Source: an uncultured Candidatus Saccharibacteria bacterium (GTDB lineage Bacteria; Patescibacteriota; Saccharimonadia; Saccharimonadales; JAUPVS01). From it: a stretch of DNA of 64,000 bases. The translations under genes were made by a program, and so were the position numbers. Below the pieces are notes generated by a model that ran no database searches, was not told the DNA's origin, and was given only the letters and a program-made list of their open reading frames with translations. The DNA lies in assembly GCA_964462215.1 (NCBI GenBank), contig CAYWVZ010000005.1:2592-66591 (forward strand). Reading direction: 5' to 3'. This document shows, in pieces, positions 14,101 through 22,637 of the stretch (position 1 is the stretch's first letter; each line of letters opens with the position of its first letter).

Positions 14101-15419
14101 GCAATATTGTATTAGGCGAAGGTGCGGGCAACAGCATCACTACCGGCACCTTTAATATCGCCCTGGGTGGCTTGAGGAACGCCGGTGTCTCGACCACCGG
14201 CAGCAACAACATCGCCTTAGGCGACGCCAGTTTGCATCAGCTGACCAGCGGCAGCAACAACATTGCCGTCGGGTCATTATCTTTAGGATCCACAACGGGG
14301 GACAACAACGTTGCTATCGGACTATCGAGCGGCAGGTCTAATACCACCGGTTCCAACAACACCTATTTGGGTACCAGTGCCGGCGAACAAGACGGGAACT
14401 GGGTAACTGTTGCTGCCCTGGAAAGAAGTACGGCCATAGGCTATGCCGCCCAAGTACAACAGAATGACAGTATGGTACTTGGCAAGGTACAGACGGACGG
14501 TTCGCAAACTAAGGTGGGTATTGGCACGACTATGCCGACCAACTTATTGAGTGTAGCACCGGTATTCTATAACACCGGCCAGGCCAGCCAGAGCGGTACA
14601 ACTATCAGCGGATCGGGCACCACCTGGACGGCCGATATGGTTGGCAAAGAGATTGTCTTCGCCGAAGGTATTAAGGCCATGATTACCGGCTTTACCAATG
14701 CCACTACGCTGACGGCAGGCACCAGTCAGAGCGTATCGCAACAGGATTATCGCATTCACTACGCTGGCTTGCAGGTAACAACTGCCGGCAAAATTGGTGC
14801 CAACACCATGACTATCAATAACTACTTCTCGCTCAATACGGCCGAAACCGCCGACAACGACGCGCAAGGCCTGGTGTCGACCGGCGGGGCAGGCAACAAG
14901 GGAATGGTCATCCAGGGCGTATCCGGCCAGACAGCCAACCTGCAGGAATGGCAGGACAACACCGGTGCCGTGCTGGCGTTCGTTAGTGCAGCGGGTGATC
15001 TGGAGGTAGTCAATGCTACCGTTACCGGCACCCTTACCGTTACCGGAGCGGCTACCTTCAATAACACCCTGACCGTTAATGGCCACATTATTACCGGCAA
15101 CACCAGCGGTTCAACCACGGTGGCTGCCGAGGCCGGTGCCGGGGCAGGTGCCAGTGCCTCTGTGAGCGGTAACGATACCAGCGGTACCATTACGCTTAAC
15201 ACCGGTACCGGGGCTGCCGCGGGCGACCTGGCTACCGTAACCTTTGCCAACGCCTACGGCGCTGCTCCGCAAGTGGTCATCACACCCAAGGCCGTACCCG
15301 GCGGCGGCACATTCCCGCAGTACCACTATGACTCCAGCACCGGCACTTTCACGCTCAAAAGCTTCAACGCACTAACTGACAGCGCCACCTACACCTTTAC
15401 CTACTTCATCACCCAATAG
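11118..15419 (+). CDS. Large (1433 aa) membrane-anchored fibre / beta-helix-like surface protein
   Basis: The N-terminus is disordered and P/S-rich, followed by one TM helix (VQLAVAVIALLLLGGFAFVI). Cys-pair motifs are VCVNSNNCGYA and ICDASNNCNYA. Fibre motifs include GQTANIFEVQEESGSTVISVDSGGNLGVGSAAPNARLEV. A central tract of 17-residue repeats is present. The C-terminal domain is shared with the 1-10113 protein. Confidence 0.85.
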   Translation: MANINPLPARPSTDPMQTGSLFNAPGSEVVTDVRSPTEGVDSLADSLEEPTTADPPSGFSAARNSSGGGAVSPPPQQPLSTTRRVQLAVAVIALLLLGGFAFVITRGARNFSNQNDIIANTTPTQAVMPTLNSLEVSAKQPLLLQGAASSELQFIGAQGSTTLLFAEPTLVNSITFPNASGLVCVNSNNCGYATQAELTQLAGTVQQVQPGQPAVPGATGVTSLNGAVGTIVVQGSPNQIIVSGSNVITIATPQDIAFSSSPQFAGLTLTGTGTQNGSAICDASNNCNYAPASGSGNYIWNGTGLQSNANFNIRGAAAGNVVGAIRGAAGQTANIFEVQEESGSTVISVDSGGNLGVGSAAPNARLEVAGGRTFLGTGTLTAHDQNNVILFSNAAGTAAQAGNFQNALILYGGGGQTRTLRLSQNYNGAAYIDTNFSELRLRTLANNANIVLEADGAGQIILNNITQVAALGAATGNSLVCRNNLNQLAACTAIPGTGDINQDGNMFGENVVIGAQDDFGMDFITHNTVVQSLSNTGQATFQNAVDSATAFQIQNAAGTAVFNYDTTDQTLTLRAGTDQGVTGSELANNDFSGDWTGSGWTLGASDATHNTGNTDTLEPTTPLTITGGNYYIVSYQVSNRNAGSVNFTLGNTAGTAVINNATTAQVVRAGNVDNLILTPTSDFDGTISNVSVKQVTPFNSVLTGQKTDGETRLEVRVAAENGTLLIGRNVGMLNQGGNNVALGYDTFAHNTTGNGNTALGANALQHNVTGSVNTALGYLALQFNTTGSNNVAVGWLALGHNTSGGDNVAVGRSALELNLTGEGNVALGQSALHNNTTGSRNIAIGQNTMGDNTSGELNVAIGGSSLNRNTTGQLNVVLGHDAGRSITTGDGNLVLQGMRDTGVSTTGTQNVALGWDTLNRVTSGQRNVAVGSGAGQGITTGEWNLAIFGMSNTGASTTGSNNIAIGRETGNQLTSGELNTIVGHTALNRASTGSRNIVLGEGAGNSITTGTFNIALGGLRNAGVSTTGSNNIALGDASLHQLTSGSNNIAVGSLSLGSTTGDNNVAIGLSSGRSNTTGSNNTYLGTSAGEQDGNWVTVAALERSTAIGYAAQVQQNDSMVLGKVQTDGSQTKVGIGTTMPTNLLSVAPVFYNTGQASQSGTTISGSGTTWTADMVGKEIVFAEGIKAMITGFTNATTLTAGTSQSVSQQDYRIHYAGLQVTTAGKIGANTMTINNYFSLNTAETADNDAQGLVSTGGAGNKGMVIQGVSGQTANLQEWQDNTGAVLAFVSAAGDLEVVNATVTGTLTVTGAATFNNTLTVNGHIITGNTSGSTTVAAEAGAGAGASASVSGNDTSGTITLNTGTGAAAGDLATVTFANAYGAAPQVVITPKAVPGGGTFPQYHYDSSTGTFTLKSFNALTDSATYTFTYFITQ
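13326..14385 (+). repeat. About 21 tandem 17-residue (51-nt) coding repeats, G-x-x-N-(V/I)-A-(L/V/I)-G-x-x-(A/T/S)-(L/G)-x-x-N-(T/L)-(T/S), predicted beta-helix / adhesin-head-like
   Basis: Read directly from the translation: GNGNTALGANALQHNVT / GSVNTALGYLALQFNTT / GSNNVAVGWLALGHNTS / GGDNVAVGRSALELNLT and so on through GDNNVAIGLSSGRSNTT. Confidence 0.8.
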
Positions 15420-15464
15420 ACCATTGTCAAATCGTTGCCGTAACAGGGTTAAGGTGGTAAGCTT

Positions 15465-16223
15465 ATGGTTATGCAGACCATCGCGGTGCTCAACCAAAAA
15501 GGGGGGGTGGGCAAAACCACCACGGCCATAAACCTGGCGGCCTATCTGAATAAGATGGGTAAGTCAGTATTGCTGGTAGATTTAGATCCCCAGGGTAACG
15601 CCACCAGCGGTTTGGGTCTGGATAAAACCGTTATCGATGCCGGTACGTACGAACTATTGCTCGGTACGGCAGATTTAAGCCAGGTAACCCAGACCATTAG
15701 CGACGGGTTTTATCTGCTACCGACTAACGCTGACCTGGCCGCTGTTGAGGTCGAGCTGGTCAACCGCCCCAAACGCGAAGAAGCCCTGCGCCAGGCGCTC
15801 AAGCCAGCCAGTTACGACTACGTTATCATCGACTGCCCGCCGGCACTCGGTTTGCTAACGGTTAATGCCCTGACTGCCGCCAACCGCATCATCATCCCTG
15901 TGCAAGCCGAATATTACGCGCTGGAAGGCCTGGGCCAACTCCTGCAAGTGTTCCAAGGTGTACGCCGCAACCTTAATCCGCAGCTCGAAATTATGGGGGT
16001 AGTCATTACCATGTACGATAGCCGTACCAGTCTGTCCAATCAGGTTATAACAGAGGTCAAGAAGCATTTTACCAACAAGGTTTTCAAAACCATGATACCG
16101 CGCAACGTGCGCCTGGCCGAAGCGCCCAGCTACGGCAAGCCGATTTCCGACCACGACAAATGGTCCAAAGGCGCTCGTGCCTATAAACAACTAGCCAAGG
16201 AGGTTACAGAACGTGGCAACTAA
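15465..16223 (+). CDS. parA: Chromosome partitioning ATPase ParA/Soj
   Basis: A deviant Walker A motif (NQKGGVGKTTT) is present, and similarity to the ParA family extends over the full length. An AAGGTGG SD lies 7 nt upstream. The gene is followed by parB. Confidence 0.9.
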   Translation: MVMQTIAVLNQKGGVGKTTTAINLAAYLNKMGKSVLLVDLDPQGNATSGLGLDKTVIDAGTYELLLGTADLSQVTQTISDGFYLLPTNADLAAVEVELVNRPKREEALRQALKPASYDYVIIDCPPALGLLTVNALTAANRIIIPVQAEYYALEGLGQLLQVFQGVRRNLNPQLEIMGVVITMYDSRTSLSNQVITEVKKHFTNKVFKTMIPRNVRLAEAPSYGKPISDHDKWSKGARAYKQLAKEVTERGN

Positions 16224-17097
16224 TAACAAACAAACCGGATTGGGCAGGGGTTTTGACAGCCTTATTCCCCAAAATTTCGACGACACATTACTAATGGATG
16301 AGCAAGAACGAATACAAAAGTTACTCATTTCTGACATCAAACCCGGCAGCAGTCAGCCGCGGAGTACATTTGATAACCAACTGCTGCAGGAACTGGCGGC
16401 CTCTATTAAACAACATGGTATTTTGCAGCCGGTTATTGTGCGTATCAGTGGTGATGACGGGTATACCCTAGTGGCCGGTGAACGCCGCTGGCGAGCCGCC
16501 CAAATAGCCGGCCTAACCCATATACCGGCTATCGTCCGCAGCCTGGAAGAGCTGGAGCAGCTGCAAATCGCCTTGGTCGAGAACGTCCAGCGTGTCGACC
16601 TGTCACCCCTGGAGCAGGCTGCTTCGATTAAGCGTTTGGCCGACCAGTTCAGTATGAGTTACGAAGATATTGCCCGCAAACTCGGCAAGGCTACGTCAAC
16701 CGTACACAACACCGCCCGCTTGGTCAGGTTGCCGCTGGCCGCCCAAGAGGCCTTGCGCGACAACCTCATCAACGAAGGCCATGCTCGCGCCCTTCTAGCC
16801 CTAAATAAAGACCCCGAAAGACAAGCTGAAATGCTGCGGCTTATTATTAAGAACCGCTGGACGGTCCGCCAGGCCGAGCAATTCGCCGCGGCTACCAAAG
16901 AAGGAGTCAAGGACGTCCAAGCCGCCCGGCAGCGTACCACTACCACCACGCCGGCTACCGAAAAGCTCAGCGAAAAGCTCGGGACCCCTGTTAGTATTCG
17001 CCGTTTAGCTCGCGGCGGTAAGCTCCAAATTAGTTTTACCAGTGACGAAGAACTTGACGAGCTGATTAGCTTGCTAGCCAAACTCCGGAAATCTTAA
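16213..17097 (+). CDS. parB: Chromosome partitioning protein ParB/Spo0J
   Basis: Motifs present are GLGRGFDSLIP, the GERRWRAA arginine patch, and an HTH region. The GTG start overlaps the end of parA. Confidence 0.9.
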   Translation: MATNNKQTGLGRGFDSLIPQNFDDTLLMDEQERIQKLLISDIKPGSSQPRSTFDNQLLQELAASIKQHGILQPVIVRISGDDGYTLVAGERRWRAAQIAGLTHIPAIVRSLEELEQLQIALVENVQRVDLSPLEQAASIKRLADQFSMSYEDIARKLGKATSTVHNTARLVRLPLAAQEALRDNLINEGHARALLALNKDPERQAEMLRLIIKNRWTVRQAEQFAAATKEGVKDVQAARQRTTTTTPATEKLSEKLGTPVSIRRLARGGKLQISFTSDEELDELISLLAKLRKS

Positions 17098-17104
17098 AAC
17101 AATC

Positions 17105-17725
17105 TTAAAACAGCTTGGCGTCGGTGAAAGGGAAGACACGCAGGCCCAGCTTGCCAATGATGTCATTGGCCGGCACGGTGCCAAAGTAGCGTGAATCAAG
17201 TGAATTAGTGCGGTTGTCACCGGCAACAAACACTTCGCCTTCCGGTACCACCAGGTCAACATCGCCAGGGGTACTTTTGATAACCGAACCGTACGGCAAG
17301 GCTTTGTCGGGAACAAAACCGTCGGGGTATTCTTCGTTAAATATGGTTAGCGTGCCGTCTTCGATAACAACCCGGTCGCCGGGCAGTCCAATCACCCGTT
17401 TAATCAATTGTTTGTTCGGATTGCCCTCCAACGCGGCGCCATCGGCGTGGTTGAACACAATTACGTCGCCGCGGTTGGGGATAAAGTCGTGCCGGGTAAT
17501 CCGTGCCCAGGTGCGGGGCAGTTTCATAACGATCAAACGGTCGTTGTTATGCAGGGTTGACTCCATGCTGGGGCCGTCAACCTGATACGACTGGAACACG
17601 AACATCGTCAAAAAAATAGCAATCAGCGGCGCCAATAACAGCAGCGCTATGGTCGAGACGATACTTTTGACGCCTTCTGTATGTTCCGGGCGTCCCGGGG
17701 CCGGTTGTAGCACGGGTTCTGTCAT
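17105..17725 (-). CDS. lepB: Signal peptidase I
   Basis: An N-terminal TM helix is followed by GPSMESTL (catalytic Ser), LIKRVIGLPGD (Lys region) and GDNRTNSLDSRYFG. I prefer ATG 17725 to the ORF-track start at 17890 because TATAGT lies 9 nt upstream and this avoids overlap with the divergent gene. Confidence 0.85.
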   Translation of the reverse strand: MTEPVLQPAPGRPEHTEGVKSIVSTIALLLLAPLIAIFLTMFVFQSYQVDGPSMESTLHNNDRLIVMKLPRTWARITRHDFIPNRGDVIVFNHADGAALEGNPNKQLIKRVIGLPGDRVVIEDGTLTIFNEEYPDGFVPDKALPYGSVIKSTPGDVDLVVPEGEVFVAGDNRTNSLDSRYFGTVPANDIIGKLGLRVFPFTDAKLF

Positions 17726-17734
17726 TCCGCATCC

Positions 17735-17740
17735 ACTATA
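17735..17740 (-). promoter_or_regulatory. Candidate -10 box (TATAGT on the minus strand) 9 nt upstream of the lepB ATG (leaderless-type)
   Basis: The minus strand reads gaaaatagcgTATAGTggatgcggaATG. Confidence 0.4.
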
Positions 17741-17807
17741 CGCTATTTTCGTCATGCTGCACATGTTTACGTGGACCACCCAAGCCGCTATACTAGTCTG
17801 CGCGTAT

Positions 17808-19379
17808 ATGGATAATTTTCGAAGACCACAAAAACCAAAACGCCGCGGCACTCTTGATGGTGTCATACGTAGAACCAGAACTCCGGACACTCAGCGGATA
17901 GGGGACAGTCTATCGAGCCGTCCCGAAGGTTTTAGTTCCCGGCAGGGGCAACCAATAGGCAATGCCGGCGGCCGCAGCACCATCGGTCAGCCGCTAGCGT
18001 CTGTGCCGGAAACAGAGGCCGTTGCCGCGGCGGAACCTGACGGCAAACCTCCTAAAAAAACCAAAAGACCGCGCAGCTGGCGAACTGTGACCAAACGGGC
18101 TGGTTTGGCCGTAATGGCGCTAGTGTTAATTGGCGGCAGCTACATAGGCGTCAAGGCATTTTTGAATGCCCGCAAAGTTCTGCAGGGCGGCGGCGAGGCG
18201 GCAGCGCTGCAGGCCAACGCCGACCCGTCTTTATTAAAGGGCGAAGGCGACGGCCGCATTAATATCTTGCTGTTGGGCCGCGGCGGCGGTGACCACGAAG
18301 GCCCCGACCTGACCGATACTATGCTTATCGCCAGTATCGACCCTATCCACAAAGAGGCTGCCCTGGTCAGTATTCCGCGCGATTTATGGGTTAAACCGCC
18401 AGGCAGCGGCGGCTACGCCAAAATTAATTCCGTCTATGCCAACACCAAATACCAGGGCGACCAAAAAGCTCAAGAAGCCGTCGAACAAACAGTAGAGCAA
18501 GTGTTTGGGATCCCCATCCATTATCACGGCATGATTGATTTCGAAGGTTTTCGCAAGGCTATCGATACCGTTGGCGGCGTTAACGTCGACGTTAAAGAGC
18601 AGCTATATGACCCCAGTGTAGCCTGGGAAAATAACTGGGATCCGTTGATCGCGGCACCCGGCTCGCAGCATTTTGACGGCTCAAAAGCCTTGTTGTACGT
18701 ACGGTCGCGCCACGGCAGCGCCGGCGGGGATTTCAGCCGCGGCGAACGGCAGCGCGAAGTCGTGGTTGCCCTCAAAGACAAAATCTTATCGGCCGGCACC
18801 TACAGCAATCCCCTTAAGGTGTCGCAGCTGCTTGATGCTTTTGGCGGCCATATCCAAACCAACTTCAGCCAGCAGGAACTGCTGCGGCTCTATGCGATTG
18901 CCAAAGACATTTCTTCGGATAAAGTTTCATCCATTGGCTTGACCGATCCGCCGCACGACTACTTTACTACCGACATGATCGGCGGCCAGTCGGTTGTTTT
19001 GCCCAAAGCCGGTATCGGCAACTATGCCGAGCTGCAAAATTATATCCGCAACACCTTACGCGACGCCTATCTGCGCGAGGAAAACGCCAGCCTTACCGTG
19101 CTAAATGGCACCGAAACCGACGGATTGGCAGGCACTACCGCTGCCGAACTAAAGTCCTACGGCTATAACGTAGGTACGGTTGGTGATGCGCCAACCAAAA
19201 ACTATGGCCGCACAGTACTGGTAGACCTGCGTGGCGGTGCTAAAAAATACACCAAACATTACCTGGAAAAACGGCTGAACACCACTGCTGTTACCAGTTT
19301 GCCGGCCGGAATTGATGCCGGCAGCGCCGACTTTGTTATAATAGTAGGTCGAGATGCAGACCAAACTACGCAAAATTAA
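17808..19379 (+). CDS. LytR-CpsA-Psr (LCP) family cell-envelope polymer ligase with a C-terminal LytR_C-like domain
   Basis: The N-terminus is basic, followed by a TM helix (AGLAVMALVLIGGSYIGV). Family motifs include INILLLGRGG, TDTMLIASIDP, SIPRDLWV, YVRSRHG and GDFSRGERQREV. ATG 17808 is preferred to the ORF-track start at 17649, and TATACT is found at 17789-17794. Confidence 0.85.
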   Translation: MDNFRRPQKPKRRGTLDGVIRRTRTPDTQRIGDSLSSRPEGFSSRQGQPIGNAGGRSTIGQPLASVPETEAVAAAEPDGKPPKKTKRPRSWRTVTKRAGLAVMALVLIGGSYIGVKAFLNARKVLQGGGEAAALQANADPSLLKGEGDGRINILLLGRGGGDHEGPDLTDTMLIASIDPIHKEAALVSIPRDLWVKPPGSGGYAKINSVYANTKYQGDQKAQEAVEQTVEQVFGIPIHYHGMIDFEGFRKAIDTVGGVNVDVKEQLYDPSVAWENNWDPLIAAPGSQHFDGSKALLYVRSRHGSAGGDFSRGERQREVVVALKDKILSAGTYSNPLKVSQLLDAFGGHIQTNFSQQELLRLYAIAKDISSDKVSSIGLTDPPHDYFTTDMIGGQSVVLPKAGIGNYAELQNYIRNTLRDAYLREENASLTVLNGTETDGLAGTTAAELKSYGYNVGTVGDAPTKNYGRTVLVDLRGGAKKYTKHYLEKRLNTTAVTSLPAGIDAGSADFVIIVGRDADQTTQN

Positions 19380-20103
19380 ACCCAAGAACGGGATTGCCAA
19401 CGTTTTCCACTTGGTTTTTTTAGTTTCGCTGCCGCTGCTGGTGTATATCACGGTCCGCATACATTTCCCGCAGATCGGCCTGGCGCTCATATTCCTTAGT
19501 AAGTGGCGCATGTTCGCCGTTAAACCGCGGCATTGGCCGGCTAATATCCGGGCTAACGCCATCGATATTATCGTTGGCGTATCATTGCTGATTTTTATGG
19601 TCGAGAGCGGTTCGCAGTTGTTCCAGCTGGTCTGGGCGTTATCGTACGCGGTATGGCTGCTGGTTATCCGGCCCAGCTCCCGGGTATGGGTGGTGGCGGT
19701 CCAGGCTATTATCGGCCAGTTCCTGGGCTTGACGGCGCTGTTTTTGCGGTTTGGCGATGCCAACGCCGCGGCGCTGATTGTGGCTACCTGGGGCATCTGT
19801 TATCTGGCTGCCCGGCACTTTCTGGCGAGTTTTGATGAGCCGCACACCCGGCTATTCGCATATTTATGGGGCTACTTCGCGGCAGCACTAGTGTGGATTT
19901 TGAGCCACTGGCTATTGTTTTACGGGCCGATTGCCCAGCCGACGCTACTTATCAATGTCATCGGCTTTGGCTTGGCCACGTTATACTACCTGGACGAAAC
20001 CGACCGTTTGTCTAAATTCTTCCAGCGTCAAATTGTCTTTATTATGCTGGCGGTTGTGGTGATTTTGATTGTCTTTTCGGACTGGGGCGATAAGACTATT
20101 TAG
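19354..20103 (+). CDS. Hypothetical multi-pass membrane protein
   Basis: The 249-aa ORF has at least 6 hydrophobic helices. It overlaps the LCP gene end by 26 nt, suggesting the same operon. No family recognised. Confidence 0.55.
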   Translation: MQTKLRKIKPKNGIANVFHLVFLVSLPLLVYITVRIHFPQIGLALIFLSKWRMFAVKPRHWPANIRANAIDIIVGVSLLIFMVESGSQLFQLVWALSYAVWLLVIRPSSRVWVVAVQAIIGQFLGLTALFLRFGDANAAALIVATWGICYLAARHFLASFDEPHTRLFAYLWGYFAAALVWILSHWLLFYGPIAQPTLLINVIGFGLATLYYLDETDRLSKFFQRQIVFIMLAVVVILIVFSDWGDKTI

Positions 20104-20942
20104 CCTTTTGCGGCGCCCGGCCGGCGCGGTGAACCATTTGTTTTGAACAGCTGGATGAAATCTTCGGTTCGTTGCAGGCCGTAGCCATAGTTTTTGGCTA
20201 GCTTGGCTAGGCCGTGGTGCTGGAAGGGCAGGGATTCGGTTAGAACGTAGGCCGGTTGATTGTGCTGCTGCCGAAGTTGGTTGAACAGCTGGTGGTACAG
20301 GTTGAGGCCGTCCTCGCCGCCGAAGATGGCCAGGCGCGGCTCCATCATGGCGGCGTCATTAAGTTGGTAACCGTCGGGTACGTAGGGGAGGTTGGCCAGG
20401 ATGGTGGTACTGGCCGGCAGGGTCAGGCCCTCCAGCAGGTCGGTGTGGTGCAGGTCAACAGTGGCTTTATGTTTGACGCAATTTTGACGGGCCACCTCCA
20501 GGCAGTTCGCGTCGATGTCGGTGGCGAGGACCTGGACGGTGCCTAGCTCCAAGGCGGCAGTAATAGCCAGGGCGCCGGAGCCGGTGCCGACGTCAATGAC
20601 AGTTTTACGGTCTTTGGCGGGTAATTGCTTGAGCAGGTCGATCATAGTTTCGCTTTCGGGGCGCGGTTCCAAAACTTCAGGGGTGATGACGAAATCGCGG
20701 CCGTAAAACTCGGTCTTGCCGCGGATGTAGGCCAGCGGTTCGTGGTGGGCACGGCGCGCCAGTTGGGCGCGCAGGTGCTTTTGTTGTTCGGCGGTCAGCG
20801 TGGCTTCGGGGTGCGCCAGCAGTTGAGCACGATCAGTGCGCACACAGTCTTCCAAAAGCACCAGCGCATCCAGCCGCGCCGTGCCCACCCCGGCTTTCTC
20901 TAGTTGCTTAACAGTTCTTTCGAGCCAGTTACCGACTGTCAT
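20100..20942 (-). CDS. prmC: Release-factor glutamine N5-methyltransferase PrmC/HemK
   Basis: It has the SAM motif [13 protein letters not shown] and the NPPY-type motif NLPYV. It lies immediately downstream of prfA and overlaps it. ATG 20942 is preferred to 20960. Confidence 0.85.
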   Translation of the reverse strand: MTVGNWLERTVKQLEKAGVGTARLDALVLLEDCVRTDRAQLLAHPEATLTAEQQKHLRAQLARRAHHEPLAYIRGKTEFYGRDFVITPEVLEPRPESETMIDLLKQLPAKDRKTVIDVGTGSGALAITAALELGTVQVLATDIDANCLEVARQNCVKHKATVDLHHTDLLEGLTLPASTTILANLPYVPDGYQLNDAAMMEPRLAIFGGEDGLNLYHQLFNQLRQQHNQPAYVLTESLPFQHHGLAKLAKNYGYGLQRTEDFIQLFKTNGSPRRPGAAKG

Positions 20943-21987
20943 GCAGCAATTGCCGTTCATAGTTATGCAATGCTTCGATGATGTCGTCGATGTCGCCGGC
21001 CAGGGCGCCGGGAATGTTGCTGCGGCTGTAGCCGATCCGGTGGTCGGTGATGCGGTCCTGCGGAAAGTTATAGGTGCGGATTTTTTCAGAGCGGTCGCCG
21101 CTGCCGATGAGTTTGCGCCGAGCGTCTGATAATTCTTTTTGTTCTTCTTCCAGTTTCATAGCCAGCAGGCGCGAGCGCAAGACTCCCATGGCCTTGGCTT
21201 TATTTTTGATCTGGGATTTTTCATCCTGATTAGAAACGACCAGGCCGGTGGGCAAATGGGTGATACGCACCGCCGAATCGGTGGTATTAACAGATTGGCC
21301 GCCGTGCCCGCCGCTGCGGTACACGTCAATGCGCAGGTCGGCCGGGTTGATTTCAACATCGGTTTCTTCGGCTTCGGGCAATACGGCGACCGTGACGGTA
21401 GAGGTGTGGACGCGGCCCTGGCTTTCGGTGGCCGGTACCCGTTGGACACGGTGCACGCCGGCTTCGAACTTAAAGGCACGGTAAGCTTCGTCGCCGCGGA
21501 TAGCAAAAATAATTTCTTTAAAACCGCCGACTTCGTTAGGGCTTTCGCTCAACAACTCCAGTTTGTAGCCGCGGCGTTCGCTCAAACGGGCATACATGCG
21601 GTACAGTTCGGCCGCGAACAAGCTGGCCTCGTCACCGCCGGCGGCTGCCCGAATCTCGATGATACAATCGCGTTCGTCGTTGGGGTCTTTGGGGGTCAGA
21701 GCTTCTTCCAGCTGGGCTTCAACTTCGGTCAAACGGCTGGCCAGTTCTCCCAGTTCGGTTGCTGCCAGCTCGGCTAACTCGGCATCGTTGCCGCTTGCCA
21801 TGGCTTGAGTCTCGGCTTGGGCTTGCCGAGCGGCGGCGCGGGCATCAAACAGTGCCAGCACTTCCTCAAGCTGGCTCTGGCGCTTGGCCAGCCGCGGATA
21901 TTCGGGCGAACTGAAGACGCCGGGATCCTGCAATTTGGTTTGCAGGGCTTCCAGTTCTTTACGTAGCGCGGCTTCTTTTTGTTCCAT
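20929..21987 (-). CDS. prfA: Peptide chain release factor 1
   Basis: It carries the GGQ motif ([24 protein letters not shown]) and the RF1-type P-x-T tripeptide (RVPATES). Confidence 0.95.
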   Translation of the reverse strand: MEQKEAALRKELEALQTKLQDPGVFSSPEYPRLAKRQSQLEEVLALFDARAAARQAQAETQAMASGNDAELAELAATELGELASRLTEVEAQLEEALTPKDPNDERDCIIEIRAAAGGDEASLFAAELYRMYARLSERRGYKLELLSESPNEVGGFKEIIFAIRGDEAYRAFKFEAGVHRVQRVPATESQGRVHTSTVTVAVLPEAEETDVEINPADLRIDVYRSGGHGGQSVNTTDSAVRITHLPTGLVVSNQDEKSQIKNKAKAMGVLRSRLLAMKLEEEQKELSDARRKLIGSGDRSEKIRTYNFPQDRITDHRIGYSRSNIPGALAGDIDDIIEALHNYERQLLHDSR

Positions 21988-21990
21988 AAT

Positions 21991-22353
21991 TTAATCCTGT
22001 GGCGCCCTTTCAATGATAGCCGATACATATCGTTCAAGGGTATCAACGGTGGTGGCCGGAGCCTTTTCTATGAACTGTATTTTTCGCGCCGCGACATCCA
22101 CGCTGCGAAGATGAATCGGCAGGATAGAGCCGGTTGTGCGGGTACCGCGCAGCGGTATTTCGAAGGGCAGACCTTTGGGGTTGGTGGTGATAGGGCAGAC
22201 AAAAGCCAGTGAGACGCGTTCAGTAAACAGCTGCGGCGACAAAACGATAGCTGGACGGCGGCCGGCTTGTTCATGGCCTTTGCGTGGGTCGAAGACAAGC
22301 CACACAATGTCACCTCGGTCAGGGATATATACGGTGCGGGTTTTGACTACCAA
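21991..22353 (-). CDS. mazF: MazF/PemK-family endoribonuclease toxin
   Basis: The sequence IPDRGDIVWLVFDPRKGHEQAGRRPAIVLSP...VCPITT is typical of PemK. The start is uncertain: either TTG 22353, which has GGAG 7 nt upstream and overlaps the antitoxin stop, or TTG 22380. Confidence 0.8.
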   Translation of the reverse strand: MVVKTRTVYIPDRGDIVWLVFDPRKGHEQAGRRPAIVLSPQLFTERVSLAFVCPITTNPKGLPFEIPLRGTRTTGSILPIHLRSVDVAARKIQFIEKAPATTVDTLERYVSAIIERAPQD

Positions 22354-22598
22354 CGCTCTGCTCCACGAGCTTGGCCCCAATCAATTTCGCCGCCGATGTC
22401 AGATGGGGTAACACCGTCAACCAGGTCGTGTAGACTGATTTTTGCCGGTTTTTTTACTGGGGTCAGCACCACCGAATCACCGCGTAGAGTAACTTCCAGT
22501 TGCTGATTGAGCTGTAGATGAGCTGCTTCAACTACTTTCTTGGGCAACCGTATGCCGGTGCCATTACCCCATTTTTGTAGTGCTTGGATATAGTTCAT
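22347..22598 (-). CDS. mazE: MazE-like AbrB/SpoVT-fold antitoxin
   Basis: It contains the AbrB-type motif WGNGTGIRLPKKVVEAAHL. It is directly upstream of mazF and overlaps it. ATG 22598 is preferred to 22616. Confidence 0.75.
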   Translation of the reverse strand: MNYIQALQKWGNGTGIRLPKKVVEAAHLQLNQQLEVTLRGDSVVLTPVKKPAKISLHDLVDGVTPSDIGGEIDWGQARGAERW

Positions 22599-22637
22599 GA
22601 ACCATAGTATATACAAGTATATACACGCGTCAAGCAG

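Noticed and set aside
171-15326. Dozens of 60-180-aa ORFs on the minus strand and in alternative plus frames inside the two giant genes (for example 9360-9875, 13754-14212, 14544-15086).
   Set aside because: They lie wholly within long, motif-rich ORFs. They translate to low-complexity P/V/A/T/R-rich strings and repeat with the same period as the sense-strand modules. This is the expected by-product of GC-rich repetitive coding sequence, not independent genes.
1-15419. Interpreting the fibre-like genes as the tail module of a prophage.
   Set aside because: The 64 kb contains no terminase, portal, capsid, tape-measure, baseplate, holin/endolysin, integrase or att-like repeats, and downstream is core chromosome (parAB, lepB). 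The region upstream of base 1 is unseen, so this rejection is provisional.
15420-17104. A search for a parS site (consensus TGTTTCACGTGAAACA) around parAB, plus a half-site-like GTGAAACA at about 41544.
   Set aside because: I spotted no full palindromic match by eye. The 41544 match is a half-site only, located at the secA/M16 gene junction. A proper pattern search of the full genome is needed.
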